Both the position numbers and the translations under genes were made by a program. From Clostridia bacterium (GTDB taxonomy: Bacteria; Bacillota; Sulfobacillia; RBS10-35; Bu92): a DNA stretch of 35,548 nt. The stretch lies in assembly GCA_019683875.1 (NCBI GenBank), contig JADGHN010000002.1:1-35548 (forward strand). Direction: 5' to 3'. The notes under the pieces were generated by a model, which was given only the letters and a program-made list of their open reading frames with translations, was not told the origin of the DNA and did not search any database. Positions 9,858 to 18,065 of this stretch are shown piece by piece (positions within the stretch are counted from its first letter, which is position 1; each line of letters opens with the position of its first letter).

Positions 9858-10358
9858 GTGGCAGAGCATCGGCACACGGGCGCAGACGGCCCGGGAGAGT
9901 GGCCGGAGGGCGACACGCCGCAGGAAATCAGCCGCCGTCGCTTCATGACCATGGCCATCGGCTTCGTCGGCGGCCTCTTGGCGGTGGCCTACGGGGGCCT
10001 GGGCCTGCGCTTCCTGTGGCCGACTTCCCAGAGAAGCGTTCAATGGGAAGAGGTCGGCACATCCGACGAGTTCAAGGTCGGGGACAAACCCGTTTTGAAG
10101 GTCACGCACAACCAGGGATCCGAGGGCGGCGCGTGGATCGTCCGGCTGAAGGACGAGGGCCTTGTGGCCTATGACATGCACTGCACGCACCTGCAGTGCC
10201 CGTTCACCTGGGCGGGCAACAGCTTCGCCTGTCCCTGCCACGGCAGCCAGTTCGACATCCACGGCAACGTCATCCACCCGCCGGCCCCCCGCCCGTTGCG
10301 CCGGCGCGCCATCAAGGAAGAGAACGGCAAGGTCTACGTAGGGGGCATCATCTCGTGA
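9858..10358 (+). CDS. qcrA: Rieske [2Fe-2S] subunit of a menaquinol:cytochrome c reductase (bc-type complex)
   Basis: GTG 9858, 5 nt after GGGAGGTG. Twin-arginine motif SRRRFMTMAIG plus a TM helix. Cluster boxes CTHLQCP and CPCHGSQF. Confidence 0.88.
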   Translation: MAEHRHTGADGPGEWPEGDTPQEISRRRFMTMAIGFVGGLLAVAYGGLGLRFLWPTSQRSVQWEEVGTSDEFKVGDKPVLKVTHNQGSEGGAWIVRLKDEGLVAYDMHCTHLQCPFTWAGNSFACPCHGSQFDIHGNVIHPPAPRPLRRRAIKEENGKVYVGGIIS

Positions 10359-11794
10359 GCATGCTGCAGCGCGCCTGGCGCTGGGTGGACGAGCGCCTCC
10401 ACATCGAGGACGACGTCAACGAGGCGATGTACCACCCGATTCCGCGCGGCGAGAGTTACGCGGACTTCCTTGGGTTCGCCGCCGTCTTCGTGTTCATCAA
10501 CCAGTTCATCACGGGCATTCTCCTGGCCACGTCCTACGCGCCGAGCACGGCCCTGCAGGACGGGCTTCCCTACGCGTACTGGAGCGTCAAGCACATCATG
10601 TCGACGCCGTGGGGCCACTACCTGCGCAGCCTGCACTACTGGGGCGCGAGCTTCATGGTCGTCGTCGTGTTCCTGCACATGCTGCGCGTCTTCTACATCG
10701 GCGCGTACAAGAAGCCGCGTGAGATCATCTGGATGATCGGCACGCTGCTCTTCGTGACCGTGCTCGGCTTCGCGTTCACCGGCTACCTCCTGCCGTGGGA
10801 CCAGGAGGCGTACTGGGCCACGATGGTCGGCACGGCGATGGCGGGGTACGCCCCGTGGATCGGCGACTGGATCACGAGCATCCTGCGTGGCGGCCTGTTC
10901 CTTTCGGGCGCCACGGTGAGCCGCTTCTTCGCGATCCACGTGCTGGTGCTGCCCATCACGCTCATCCTTCTCCTCGCCCTCCACATCGGGCTGGTGTTCA
11001 AGCTCGGAGTCACGGAGGCGGAGAAGAAGCTGCCGAAGGATTATCACCAGAAGCACGTCAAGGGCCGGCGCGACATCCCGCCCGGGATGGTGCCCTTCTT
11101 CCCGTACGGCGTCTTCGGGATGACGATGACCGTCGCCCTGACCGCGCTGCTGCTGTTCGTCGTGGCGTACTTCTACATGCCTGGCCTCACCAGCCCGGCG
11201 GACCCGCTGAACCGCGAGGGCTACGAGCCGAAGCCGCCGTGGTACTTCATGTTCCTGTACCAGTTCCTCAAGTTCGTCCCGGGCTACTACTGGGCGGACG
11301 TGTTCGCGATCATCGTCGTGCCGCTCATCGCGATCGCGGCGATGTTCTTCCTGCCGCTGTACGACAAGAACCCGTACCGCTCGCCGGCGCGGCGGCCGGT
11401 CGGCCTCGCGACCATGGCCTCGGTGGTCGTGGTCGTCGTCGGCCTGACGTACATCGGCATGTCGAGCACGGTGAAGGCGCCGGAGAACGCGACGGTCGTC
11501 GAGAACGCCAAGTGGAGCGACGTGTCGGCGATCTTCTCGAACTACTGCGCGTCGTGCCACATCGCCTCGACGTCCGGCGGACTGAGCCTTGCGTCGTACG
11601 AAAGCACGATGAAGGGCGGCGACGCCGGACCGGTGGTGGTGCCGGGGAAGCCGGAGGAGAGCCTGCTCTGGCTCGTGATCAACGGCAAGCCGAACCAGGC
11701 GAACATCCCGCCCATGCCGCTCGGCCAGCAGCCGATCCCGGCCAACGCCATCAAGACGATCGAAAACTGGATCAAGAACGGCGCGCCGAAATAG
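10355..11794 (+). CDS. qcrB: fused cytochrome b6 / subunit IV / monoheme cytochrome c (QcrB-QcrC-like single polypeptide, ~479 aa)
   Basis: GTG 10355 overlaps the Rieske stop; ATG 10361 is an alternative start. b6 part: WGASFMVVVVFLHMLRVFYIGAYKKPREIIW, FTGYLLPWDQ and FFAIHVLVLP...LHIG (His pairs). Subunit IV-like part: PKPPWYFMFLYQFLK. The C-terminus has the c-type heme motif CASCH (11546-11560) and PPMP. Confidence 0.88.
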   Translation: MSMLQRAWRWVDERLHIEDDVNEAMYHPIPRGESYADFLGFAAVFVFINQFITGILLATSYAPSTALQDGLPYAYWSVKHIMSTPWGHYLRSLHYWGASFMVVVVFLHMLRVFYIGAYKKPREIIWMIGTLLFVTVLGFAFTGYLLPWDQEAYWATMVGTAMAGYAPWIGDWITSILRGGLFLSGATVSRFFAIHVLVLPITLILLLALHIGLVFKLGVTEAEKKLPKDYHQKHVKGRRDIPPGMVPFFPYGVFGMTMTVALTALLLFVVAYFYMPGLTSPADPLNREGYEPKPPWYFMFLYQFLKFVPGYYWADVFAIIVVPLIAIAAMFFLPLYDKNPYRSPARRPVGLATMASVVVVVVGLTYIGMSSTVKAPENATVVENAKWSDVSAIFSNYCASCHIASTSGGLSLASYESTMKGGDAGPVVVPGKPEESLLWLVINGKPNQANIPPMPLGQQPIPANAIKTIENWIKNGAPK

Positions 11795-11824
11795 GCGGCG
11801 AGCCGCGCGAACATCGCGAACATG

Positions 11825-11857
11825 AGGAGGGGAGCCGTCCAGGCTCCCCTCCTTTTG
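11825..11857 (+). terminator. rho-independent terminator of the qcr operon
   Basis: 12-bp perfect stem AGGAGGGGAGCC (11825-11836) / GGCTCCCCTCCT (11842-11853), 5-nt loop GTCCA, then TTTTG. It lies 30 nt after the stop at 11794. Confidence 0.75.
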
Positions 11858-11962
11858 TCCTGTTGTGTCTGGACGCCGGAGCGCGACCGGTGCGGCTCCC
11901 GCCGCGGACACGGCCGTCAGAACGGGGGGGCGCGGCCACGCAAGGGGGAGACTGAGGCGGCC

Positions 11963-12355
11963 TCAGCGGCTGGAGGCCGGTTCGTACTTGGACGGGCACT
12001 TGACGGTGACGTCCGTCGCCTGGAGCGTGCCGTTGCGCACCTTCCCCGACGCGACGGCCTCCATGCCGTCCTTGAACACGTCCGGCTTGACCCCGCGGTA
12101 CACGACGGGCAAGGTGACGCCGTTCCATTCGAGCGTGAAACGAAGTTCGGGCAAGGCCGGGCGCCAGTCGATGGACCCGGGGACGATCCGGCCGTGCACC
12201 TGCATGAACCGGCCGGCTTGGACGTCCGACAGGCGCGCGACCTGATCGACGTTGTAGTAGTACTCGGCCGCGTTCACCACCGTGGTGTACGCCAGAAAGC
12301 CGATGGCGGCGATGACGATGCCGAAGACGATCACGTTGCGCGTTCGACGACGCAC
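11963..12355 (-). CDS. ccmE: cytochrome c maturation heme chaperone CcmE, CxxxY variant
   Basis: GTG 12355, 5 nt after GGAGGGGGA. N-terminal TM anchor. OB-fold-like core (RFMQVHGRIVPGSI...LRFTL...VVYRGVKPDVFKDGMEAVASG). The C-terminus reads VKCPSKYEP where E. coli CcmE has AKHDENYTP. Confidence 0.85.
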   Translation of the reverse strand: MRRRTRNVIVFGIVIAAIGFLAYTTVVNAAEYYYNVDQVARLSDVQAGRFMQVHGRIVPGSIDWRPALPELRFTLEWNGVTLPVVYRGVKPDVFKDGMEAVASGKVRNGTLQATDVTVKCPSKYEPASSR

Positions 12356-12432
12356 GAGGTTCCCCCTCCGCCGCGTGAAGCGACATCACTACCGACGATA
12401 CCGCATGTTCCGGCGCCAGAAAACGCGTCGCC

Positions 12433-13362
12433 CTAGCCGCCGGCGCCGGCTTCGGCGGCCGAGGCGCGGACGTCCAGCAACGCCATCAGTTCAGGCAGGC
12501 TCCGCTTCGCCGCCGCCCGTCCGATCTCGATGAGATCGGGAATGCGATGGAAGTCGGTCAGGTCCACGCGACCGATCTCCGGGCGGATGACGAGGTCGGC
12601 GTACAGCCTCAGCTGCAGGTCGCACAGGCGGCGCGTGGCGACGTCCAGCGTGCGGTTCAGCACGCGCGCGATGCCGCGGACCTCTTGCGGTTGGTCGTTG
12701 TCGTGGCCCAGGTCCACCGCGACGACGACGTCCGCCCCGGCGAGCCGCGCCGCGTGAACGGGCACCGGGCTCACGACGGCGCCGTCGACCAGCATGCGCC
12801 CGCCGATCCGCTTCGGCGCGTACAGCCACGGAATCGAGGCGCTCGCCCGCACGGCTGCGGCCATGTCGCGGACGGGCAGCGACACCACGGCGGGCGGAGG
12901 GGAGACGGGCAACACACGAGCGCTCCCCAGCAGCACCTGCGCACCGCTCTGCAAGTCCGCCGCCACGGCGATGGCCGCCCTGGACAGCCGGTCGGGATCG
13001 CGCTCCGGGAGGCGCTCGCGAATCCACTCCTCCAGCCGCAATCCCGGCGCGATGCCGTTCGGGGTCGGCTTGAGGAGGCGGCTCTGAACGCCCAGCGCCT
13101 CGAACATCGTCCGCGTGCCGATGTACGCGAGCGACAGCGCGTTCTGGCGCGCGTCAAAGAGGATTTCCGTGGACAATTCCGCCGCGTGGCGGGCCATGTC
13201 CGCGGACCTGGCCCCTCCCGCGGCCATCGCCGCCACAAGGCTGCCGACGCTCGTCCCCGTGTAGATGTCCGGCTCCAGCCCAGCTTCCTCCAGCACGGAG
13301 AGCACGCCGATGTGCGCCGCACCCTTCAGGGCTCCGCCACCCAGCGCCAGTGCCCAGCGCAT
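12433..13362 (-). CDS. patatin-like phospholipase family protein
   Basis: ORF 12433..13560, with the start moved to ATG 13362 after AAAGGGGGAGGA. Oxyanion motif GGGALKGAAHIGV, nucleophile GTSVGS, catalytic Asp motif LVDGAV. Confidence 0.85.
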   Translation of the reverse strand: MRWALALGGGALKGAAHIGVLSVLEEAGLEPDIYTGTSVGSLVAAMAAGGARSADMARHAAELSTEILFDARQNALSLAYIGTRTMFEALGVQSRLLKPTPNGIAPGLRLEEWIRERLPERDPDRLSRAAIAVAADLQSGAQVLLGSARVLPVSPPPAVVSLPVRDMAAAVRASASIPWLYAPKRIGGRMLVDGAVVSPVPVHAARLAGADVVVAVDLGHDNDQPQEVRGIARVLNRTLDVATRRLCDLQLRLYADLVIRPEIGRVDLTDFHRIPDLIEIGRAAAKRSLPELMALLDVRASAAEAGAGG

Positions 13363-13494
13363 CCGCCATCCTCCCCCTTTGCTGCGCTCCGCGAGGCGAC
13401 CCGCCGCCGCGCCGGGCCAGGGTCTCGACGCCGCGACGCGCGTTCGCCGCCCCTCCGGCAGGGAACGGGGGCGCCGTCCCGAATGGGCTAATGC

Positions 13495-14820
13495 ATGACC
13501 GTTCTCGACTTCGACCGGCGGGTTCCGCCCACAGGTGGCTTCGCCGCCGCGATCCGGCAAGGTCTGGAGCTCGCCGGCCTGATCCTAGTGGCGGCCGCCC
13601 TGGTGGCCGGCCCGCTCGAGTATCCATACCTCTACTATCACCAATATTGGTACGTGGCGAGCGAGGCCGGAGCCCTTCTCGCAGGCGCCGTCGCATGGCT
13701 CCACATTCTCGCCGGTCGGGACGAGCGCTCGCCGGAGTGGGCGTGGCCCTCGGCGAGGCCCACCTGGCTTCCGGCGGGAACACTCTTGGGGTACGCGGCC
13801 TACGCCGCGTGGGCCTTCGCGAACTCTTTTCGCGGGCTCTGGCCGGCGAAGGCGTGGAGCGAATGGGCGTTCATCGTCGCCTCCGGGTTCGCCGCGCTGG
13901 CGGCGTACCGGTTTTCGCGCCGCGCGGGGACGTTTCGCTGGTCGCTCGCCCTGGCGATGGGCGGCCCGGTCGCCGTCGCCTGGATCGGCCTGCGGCAGTA
14001 TGTTTCCCTGCACGACTGGTCCACCCAGGACGTGACGCGGATCTGGTCGACGACCGGCAACGCGAACACGCTTTCCGGCTACCTGGTGGCCTCGCTGCCG
14101 GTCGCCGTCGCCCTCGCGAGCGCGCGAAGCGGCTGGCGCCGCCTCGTGTGGTCGGCCGTGTCCCTGCTCCTCGCGACGGCCATCCTGCTCTCCTACACGC
14201 GCGGCGGATGGTACGCCGCGCTCCTCGCGCTCGTCGCGCTCGCGCTCATGGTCGACCGGCGCGTCCTCGCCTGTCTCGTCCTGTACGTCGTCGTCGCGAA
14301 TTCGATCTTTCCCGGCGTGCTCAGCCGCGCCGCCTCCGGGTTGAACCCGGAAGAGGTCGGGACCTTCCAGCAGCGCATGCAGCTCTGGGCCACGGCGTAT
14401 TACATGTGGCGCGACCACCCCTGGTTCGGCGTCGGCACCGGAAATTACGTCCCGCTCACGCCGGAATACGTCGCCCGACATCCGGAGATCGACCGAGGCT
14501 TGCGCAACCGCGAGCCGCACAACTCGTACCTGAAGACGCTGGCGGAACAGGGCCTCGGGGGTCTTGTCCTGCTGCTCGGCACGCTCGTGGCCTGGTGGTG
14601 GGCGCTGGTGAAGGCGTGGCGGCGGGCCCGCCCCGGCCCGCGGAGGCACCTGCTGGCCGGGTTTGCGGCGGCCGGCCTTGCTGTCGCGGTTCACTGCCTC
14701 TCGAACAGCGTTCTGCATGACTACCGCAGCGCGCTCGGGTTCTGGCCGTACGTGGGGCTCGGCCTGCGGCTGCTCGCGGACCCGGCCGTGTTCGGAGACG
14801 AGGACCGGTGGCCGGCGTGA
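13495..14820 (+). CDS. O-antigen ligase (Wzy_C/WaaL) family polytopic membrane protein
   Basis: Multi-TM protein with SYTRGGWYAALLAL and HNSYLKTLAEQGLGG, both characteristic of the O-antigen ligase/polymerase family. The start at ATG 13495 has only a weak SD, so the start is uncertain. Confidence 0.72.
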   Translation: MTVLDFDRRVPPTGGFAAAIRQGLELAGLILVAAALVAGPLEYPYLYYHQYWYVASEAGALLAGAVAWLHILAGRDERSPEWAWPSARPTWLPAGTLLGYAAYAAWAFANSFRGLWPAKAWSEWAFIVASGFAALAAYRFSRRAGTFRWSLALAMGGPVAVAWIGLRQYVSLHDWSTQDVTRIWSTTGNANTLSGYLVASLPVAVALASARSGWRRLVWSAVSLLLATAILLSYTRGGWYAALLALVALALMVDRRVLACLVLYVVVANSIFPGVLSRAASGLNPEEVGTFQQRMQLWATAYYMWRDHPWFGVGTGNYVPLTPEYVARHPEIDRGLRNREPHNSYLKTLAEQGLGGLVLLLGTLVAWWWALVKAWRRARPGPRRHLLAGFAAAGLAVAVHCLSNSVLHDYRSALGFWPYVGLGLRLLADPAVFGDEDRWPA

Positions 14821-14872
14821 GCGGGCGGGAGCGGGCGCCGCATCCGCCCCCGGCGCGCGGCGAACCGCGCCC

Positions 14873-15193
14873 TCACCAGCGCCGCCGGACAGGATGACCT
14901 CGGCCCCAGATCTGCCAGGCCAACCCGGCAATGGCCGCGAGCAGCAGGAACACGAGCATCGTCACCTCGGCCGCCCGCCGCAGGGCGCGAAACACGAGGG
15001 CGCCGAGGTCCGGCGGGTGCCCGCCGTACCATGGAATGACGATCATCGACGAGAAATAGACTCCAACGACGGTCGCCCAGACCCAGTGCAAGACGCAGAG
15101 GACCACGACGACCGCGAGGACGATCCAGGCGACCGGCGCGGCGGGCGGCGCGTGCCGGCCCCAAGGCAGGCGCCGGTGCAAATGGCGCATCAC
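14873..15193 (-). CDS. small hypothetical membrane protein (~105 aa, 2-3 TM)
   Basis: High GC3 and hydrophobic helices (VAWIVLAVVVVLCVLHWVWATVVGVYF; VTMLVFLLLAAIAGLAW). GAGGTGAGG lies 7 nt upstream of ATG 15190; GTG 15193 also in frame. Confidence 0.5.
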   Translation of the reverse strand: MMRHLHRRLPWGRHAPPAAPVAWIVLAVVVVLCVLHWVWATVVGVYFSSMIVIPWYGGHPPDLGALVFRALRRAAEVTMLVFLLLAAIAGLAWQIWGRGHPVRRRW

Positions 15194-15389
15194 TCAGCCT
15201 CACCTCGCTTCGAGGAGCAATGCCGGTGTATGCGCACCCTCGTTGTCTGGTTCGCCTGCCAGGGATTCACAGGCAGGCCGGCCCGTGCCTGTGGTAGTCT
15301 CGTATCGCACCGCGACCGCATCGGTGCCTCGCGTTTTGCCCCCGACCCCGCGCCCGGTTCGGCGAACTCGAAGTAGGTGATCAGCGAAC

Positions 15390-16211
15390 ATGACAAGACG
15401 GCACCGTGAGACGAAGATCGCCTGCCGCGGCGTCACGCGCGCGTTCGAGGTGGGGCTCGCGCGGCAGCCCTTCGTGGCGCTTCAGGACATCGACCTGGAC
15501 ATCGCCGACGGCGAGTTCGTGTGCCTGCTCGGACCCTCGGGCTGCGGCAAGTCGACGCTGCTTCAGATCATCGGCGGCCACCTGCCGCCGACCTCCGGAG
15601 AGGTGCGGATCGACGGCGTGCCCGTCCAGGGGCCGCGCGCCGACATCGGCATCGTGTTTCAGACGCTCGGGCTCTTCGCGTGGCGCACGGTGCTGGGGAA
15701 CGTGGAGTTCGGACTTGAGGTGCGCGGCGTGCCCGCGGCCGAGCGGCGCGCCATTGCGGAGCACTACCTTGAGATGGTGGGGCTCGCCGAATTTCGTGAC
15801 GCCTACCCCAAGCAACTGTCCGGCGGCATGCGCCAGCGCGTGGCCATCGCTCGCGCCCTGGCCAACGACCCGGCCGTGCTCCTGTTGGACGAGCCCTTTG
15901 GCGCGCTGGACGCCCAGACGCGCGAAGGCCTGCAGGCGGAGATCGCCCGCATCTGGGAAAAGACGCGCAAGACGGTCGTGTTCGTGACGCACGACATCGA
16001 CGAGGCGATCTTTCTCGGCGACCGCGTCGTCGTCATGGGCACGCGGCCGGGGCGCGTCCGCGAGGAGGTCGCCATCGACCTTCCGGGCCCCCGCTGGGCG
16101 GACGAGCGCCGCTTCGCCAAGGCCTTCACGGAGTACAAGGCCCGCCTGTGGTCGCTTCTTCGCGATCAGGACCGGCGACGCCTCGCCGCGGGGGTGGGCG
16201 GAAGTGCGTGA
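15390..16211 (+). CDS. ABC transporter ATP-binding protein, NitT/TauT (nitrate/sulfonate/taurine) family
   Basis: Walker A GPSGCGKST, Q-loop, signature LSGGMRQRVAIARAL, Walker B LLLDEPFGALD, H-loop VTHD. Confidence 0.9.
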   Translation: MTRRHRETKIACRGVTRAFEVGLARQPFVALQDIDLDIADGEFVCLLGPSGCGKSTLLQIIGGHLPPTSGEVRIDGVPVQGPRADIGIVFQTLGLFAWRTVLGNVEFGLEVRGVPAAERRAIAEHYLEMVGLAEFRDAYPKQLSGGMRQRVAIARALANDPAVLLLDEPFGALDAQTREGLQAEIARIWEKTRKTVVFVTHDIDEAIFLGDRVVVMGTRPGRVREEVAIDLPGPRWADERRFAKAFTEYKARLWSLLRDQDRRRLAAGVGGSA

Positions 16212-16971
16212 GCCATGGAGCCAAGCGAGGACCCGCGCGCTCTTGCGCTGGCTCTCGCCGGTCCTGGTGCTGGCGCTCTGGCAGGCCTGGGGCTCGCTCG
16301 TCCACCTCGGCTGGCTGCCTCTTCCGAGCGATGTGGCCAGGGCGGCGGTCGAGCGCATCGCCGACGGCACGCTCCTCAAGGACGCCGCCATCAGCCTGCG
16401 CCGCGTCCTCATCGGTTTCGCCGCCGGCGTGGGGACCGCCGTGCCGCTGGGCGTTTGGATCGCGACGAGCCGCGTCGCGGAAGCCATCGTCGACCCGCTC
16501 GTCGAACTGGTGCGCCCGATCCCGCCGCTCGGCTGGATCCCGTTCGCCATGCTCACGTTCGGCCTGGAGGAGACGCCCAAGGAGTTCATCATCTGGCTCG
16601 GCGTCTTCTTCCCCGTGCTCCTCAACACGGCGGCCGGCGTGCGCAGCGTCGACCCGACCGCGCTGAAGGCGGCCCGCAGCCTGGGCGCCAACCGCCGGCA
16701 GATCTTCATGAAGGTCGTGCTGCCGGCGTCGCTGCCGTCGATCCTCACCGGCATGCGGGTGGGCCTGGGCGTCGGCTGGACATGCCTCGTCGCGGCGGAG
16801 CTGATCGCGGCGAAGACGGGGCTCGGCTACCTCATCATGCGGTCGTATCACTTCGTGCAGTACGACGACATGGTCCTCGGCATGGCGGCCATCGGGGCGC
16901 TCGGCGCCCTGCTGGAGCACCTGCTGCGCGTCTTGGACCAGCGGCTGACGTTCTGGGTGGAACGCGCGTGA
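16204..16971 (+). CDS. ABC transporter permease, NitT/TauT family
   Basis: GTG 16204 overlaps the ATPase stop. Six-TM BPD-transporter fold with the EAA-like loop ALKAARSLGANRRQIFMKVVLPASLPSILTG. Confidence 0.9.
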   Translation: MREPWSQARTRALLRWLSPVLVLALWQAWGSLVHLGWLPLPSDVARAAVERIADGTLLKDAAISLRRVLIGFAAGVGTAVPLGVWIATSRVAEAIVDPLVELVRPIPPLGWIPFAMLTFGLEETPKEFIIWLGVFFPVLLNTAAGVRSVDPTALKAARSLGANRRQIFMKVVLPASLPSILTGMRVGLGVGWTCLVAAELIAAKTGLGYLIMRSYHFVQYDDMVLGMAAIGALGALLEHLLRVLDQRLTFWVERA

Positions 16972-17036
16972 CGGCTTCGCGCCAAGCGGGCGTCCGGCGC
17001 CGCGCCGATCGAGGAAGGACAAGAGGAGGCGATGGG

Positions 17037-18065
17037 ATGAGGAGACGACTCCGGCTCGCCGCACTGCTGGCGGTGGCGGCCCTCGCCCTGGCCGCATGCG
17101 GCGGCGGGGGCGCGGGGGGAAAGGGCGACGTCACGGTGCGCGTCGGCACCCAGCCGGGCGTGTTCGTGGCGCCGTACTTCATCGCGTCCGAACGGGGCCT
17201 GTTCCCGCCGGGGCTCAAGATCAAGGAGACGTCGTTTCTCTCCGGCCCGGACATGGTCAGCGCGCTCGTGGCGGGCCAGCTGGACGTGGGGTATCTGGGC
17301 GGAAGCCCGGCCATTCTCGCGGCCAGCCGCAACCCCGACATCGTGATCGTCGGCATCGACGACCTCTCCAACGGCGGCGAGGGCATCGTCGTCCAGCCGG
17401 ACGAGGGCATCCGGACCCCTGCGGACCTCCGCGGCAAGACGATCGGCGTCGCCCTCGGTTCGACGACTCACCGCTTCCTCATCGAGCAACTGCGCCAGGC
17501 CGGGCTCGATCCGTCCAAGGACGTCGACATCCGCGACATGACGACCGACGACCAACTCGCGGCCTTCCAGGCGCACCAGGTCGACGCCGTCGCGAATTGG
17601 GAGCCGTGGAAGGGCAAGGCCGTGGCCGCGGGCGGCGTCGAGCTCGTCAACGACGCGAAGGCCACGATCCGCACGTACGACGTCATCGTGGCGAACCGCA
17701 AGTTCGCCGCGGCGCACCCGGACGCCCTCGCCCGCTTCCTCCTGGCCCACTATCAAGGCGCCGCGTTCCGCCAGCAGCATCCCGACGAGGCGGCGGACCT
17801 GGTGATCAAGCACGTCGACGTGGCGCGGGACGAGGTCCTGAAGACGTTCGCCCTCTACGAGCATCCCGACCTTGACCAGGTCCTGAGCCCGGACTACCTG
17901 GGCGGGGGGCAGGAGGGCACGGCGTACAAGAGCATCGTGTACGACGTCGGTTTCCTCGCCGAGCAGGGCGTGATCGAAACGCGACCGGACGCCGGGCGGC
18001 TCATCGACACCGAGTGGCTGCAACAAGCGGCGGAACTGGCGAAGCCGTCAACGAACTCCCAGTGA
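17037..18065 (+). CDS. ABC substrate-binding lipoprotein, NMT1/SsuA-like
   Basis: ATG 17037 after AAGAGGAGG. Lipobox LALAAC. The body resembles SsuA/TauA/THI5-like binding proteins (VGYLGGSPAILAA, LRGKTIGVALGSTTH, ANWEPW). Confidence 0.85.
   Translation: MRRRLRLAALLAVAALALAACGGGGAGGKGDVTVRVGTQPGVFVAPYFIASERGLFPPGLKIKETSFLSGPDMVSALVAGQLDVGYLGGSPAILAASRNPDIVIVGIDDLSNGGEGIVVQPDEGIRTPADLRGKTIGVALGSTTHRFLIEQLRQAGLDPSKDVDIRDMTTDDQLAAFQAHQVDAVANWEPWKGKAVAAGGVELVNDAKATIRTYDVIVANRKFAAAHPDALARFLLAHYQGAAFRQQHPDEAADLVIKHVDVARDEVLKTFALYEHPDLDQVLSPDYLGGGQEGTAYKSIVYDVGFLAEQGVIETRPDAGRLIDTEWLQQAAELAKPSTNSQ

Noticed and set aside
11825-11962. The qcr terminator acting as a bidirectional terminator for ccmE, and the CTGAG...CTCAG palindrome at the ccmE stop.
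   Set aside because: On the minus strand the hairpin is followed by CATGTTCG with no U-tract. The palindrome at 11952-11966 leaves only a 5-bp stem, so I cannot support a ccmE terminator call.
12433-13362. Patatin-like lipase as a CBASS-type (CapV-like) defence effector.
   Set aside because: No cyclase (CD-NTase), no other defence genes and no mobile-element signatures are nearby. It looks like a housekeeping RssA/YlbK-type patatin.
14852-14870. GC-only hairpin GCGCGG-CGAA-CCGCGC between the convergent O-antigen-ligase-like and small membrane genes, as a terminator.
   Set aside because: It has only 6 bp and no flanking T/A runs on either strand, so it is indistinguishable from chance in this GC context.
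15194-15389. Possible TPP or guanidine-I (ykkC) riboswitch upstream of the NitT/TauT ABC operon.
   Set aside because: I could not find the CUGAGA / ACCUGAUCUGGAUAAUGCCAGCG core of TPP elements. I also could not find the GGGA...ACGG.GGGA.AAA.CCCGGGAG core of guanidine-I. Only a weak AGGGATTC resemblance exists. A covariance-model scan would be needed to be sure.
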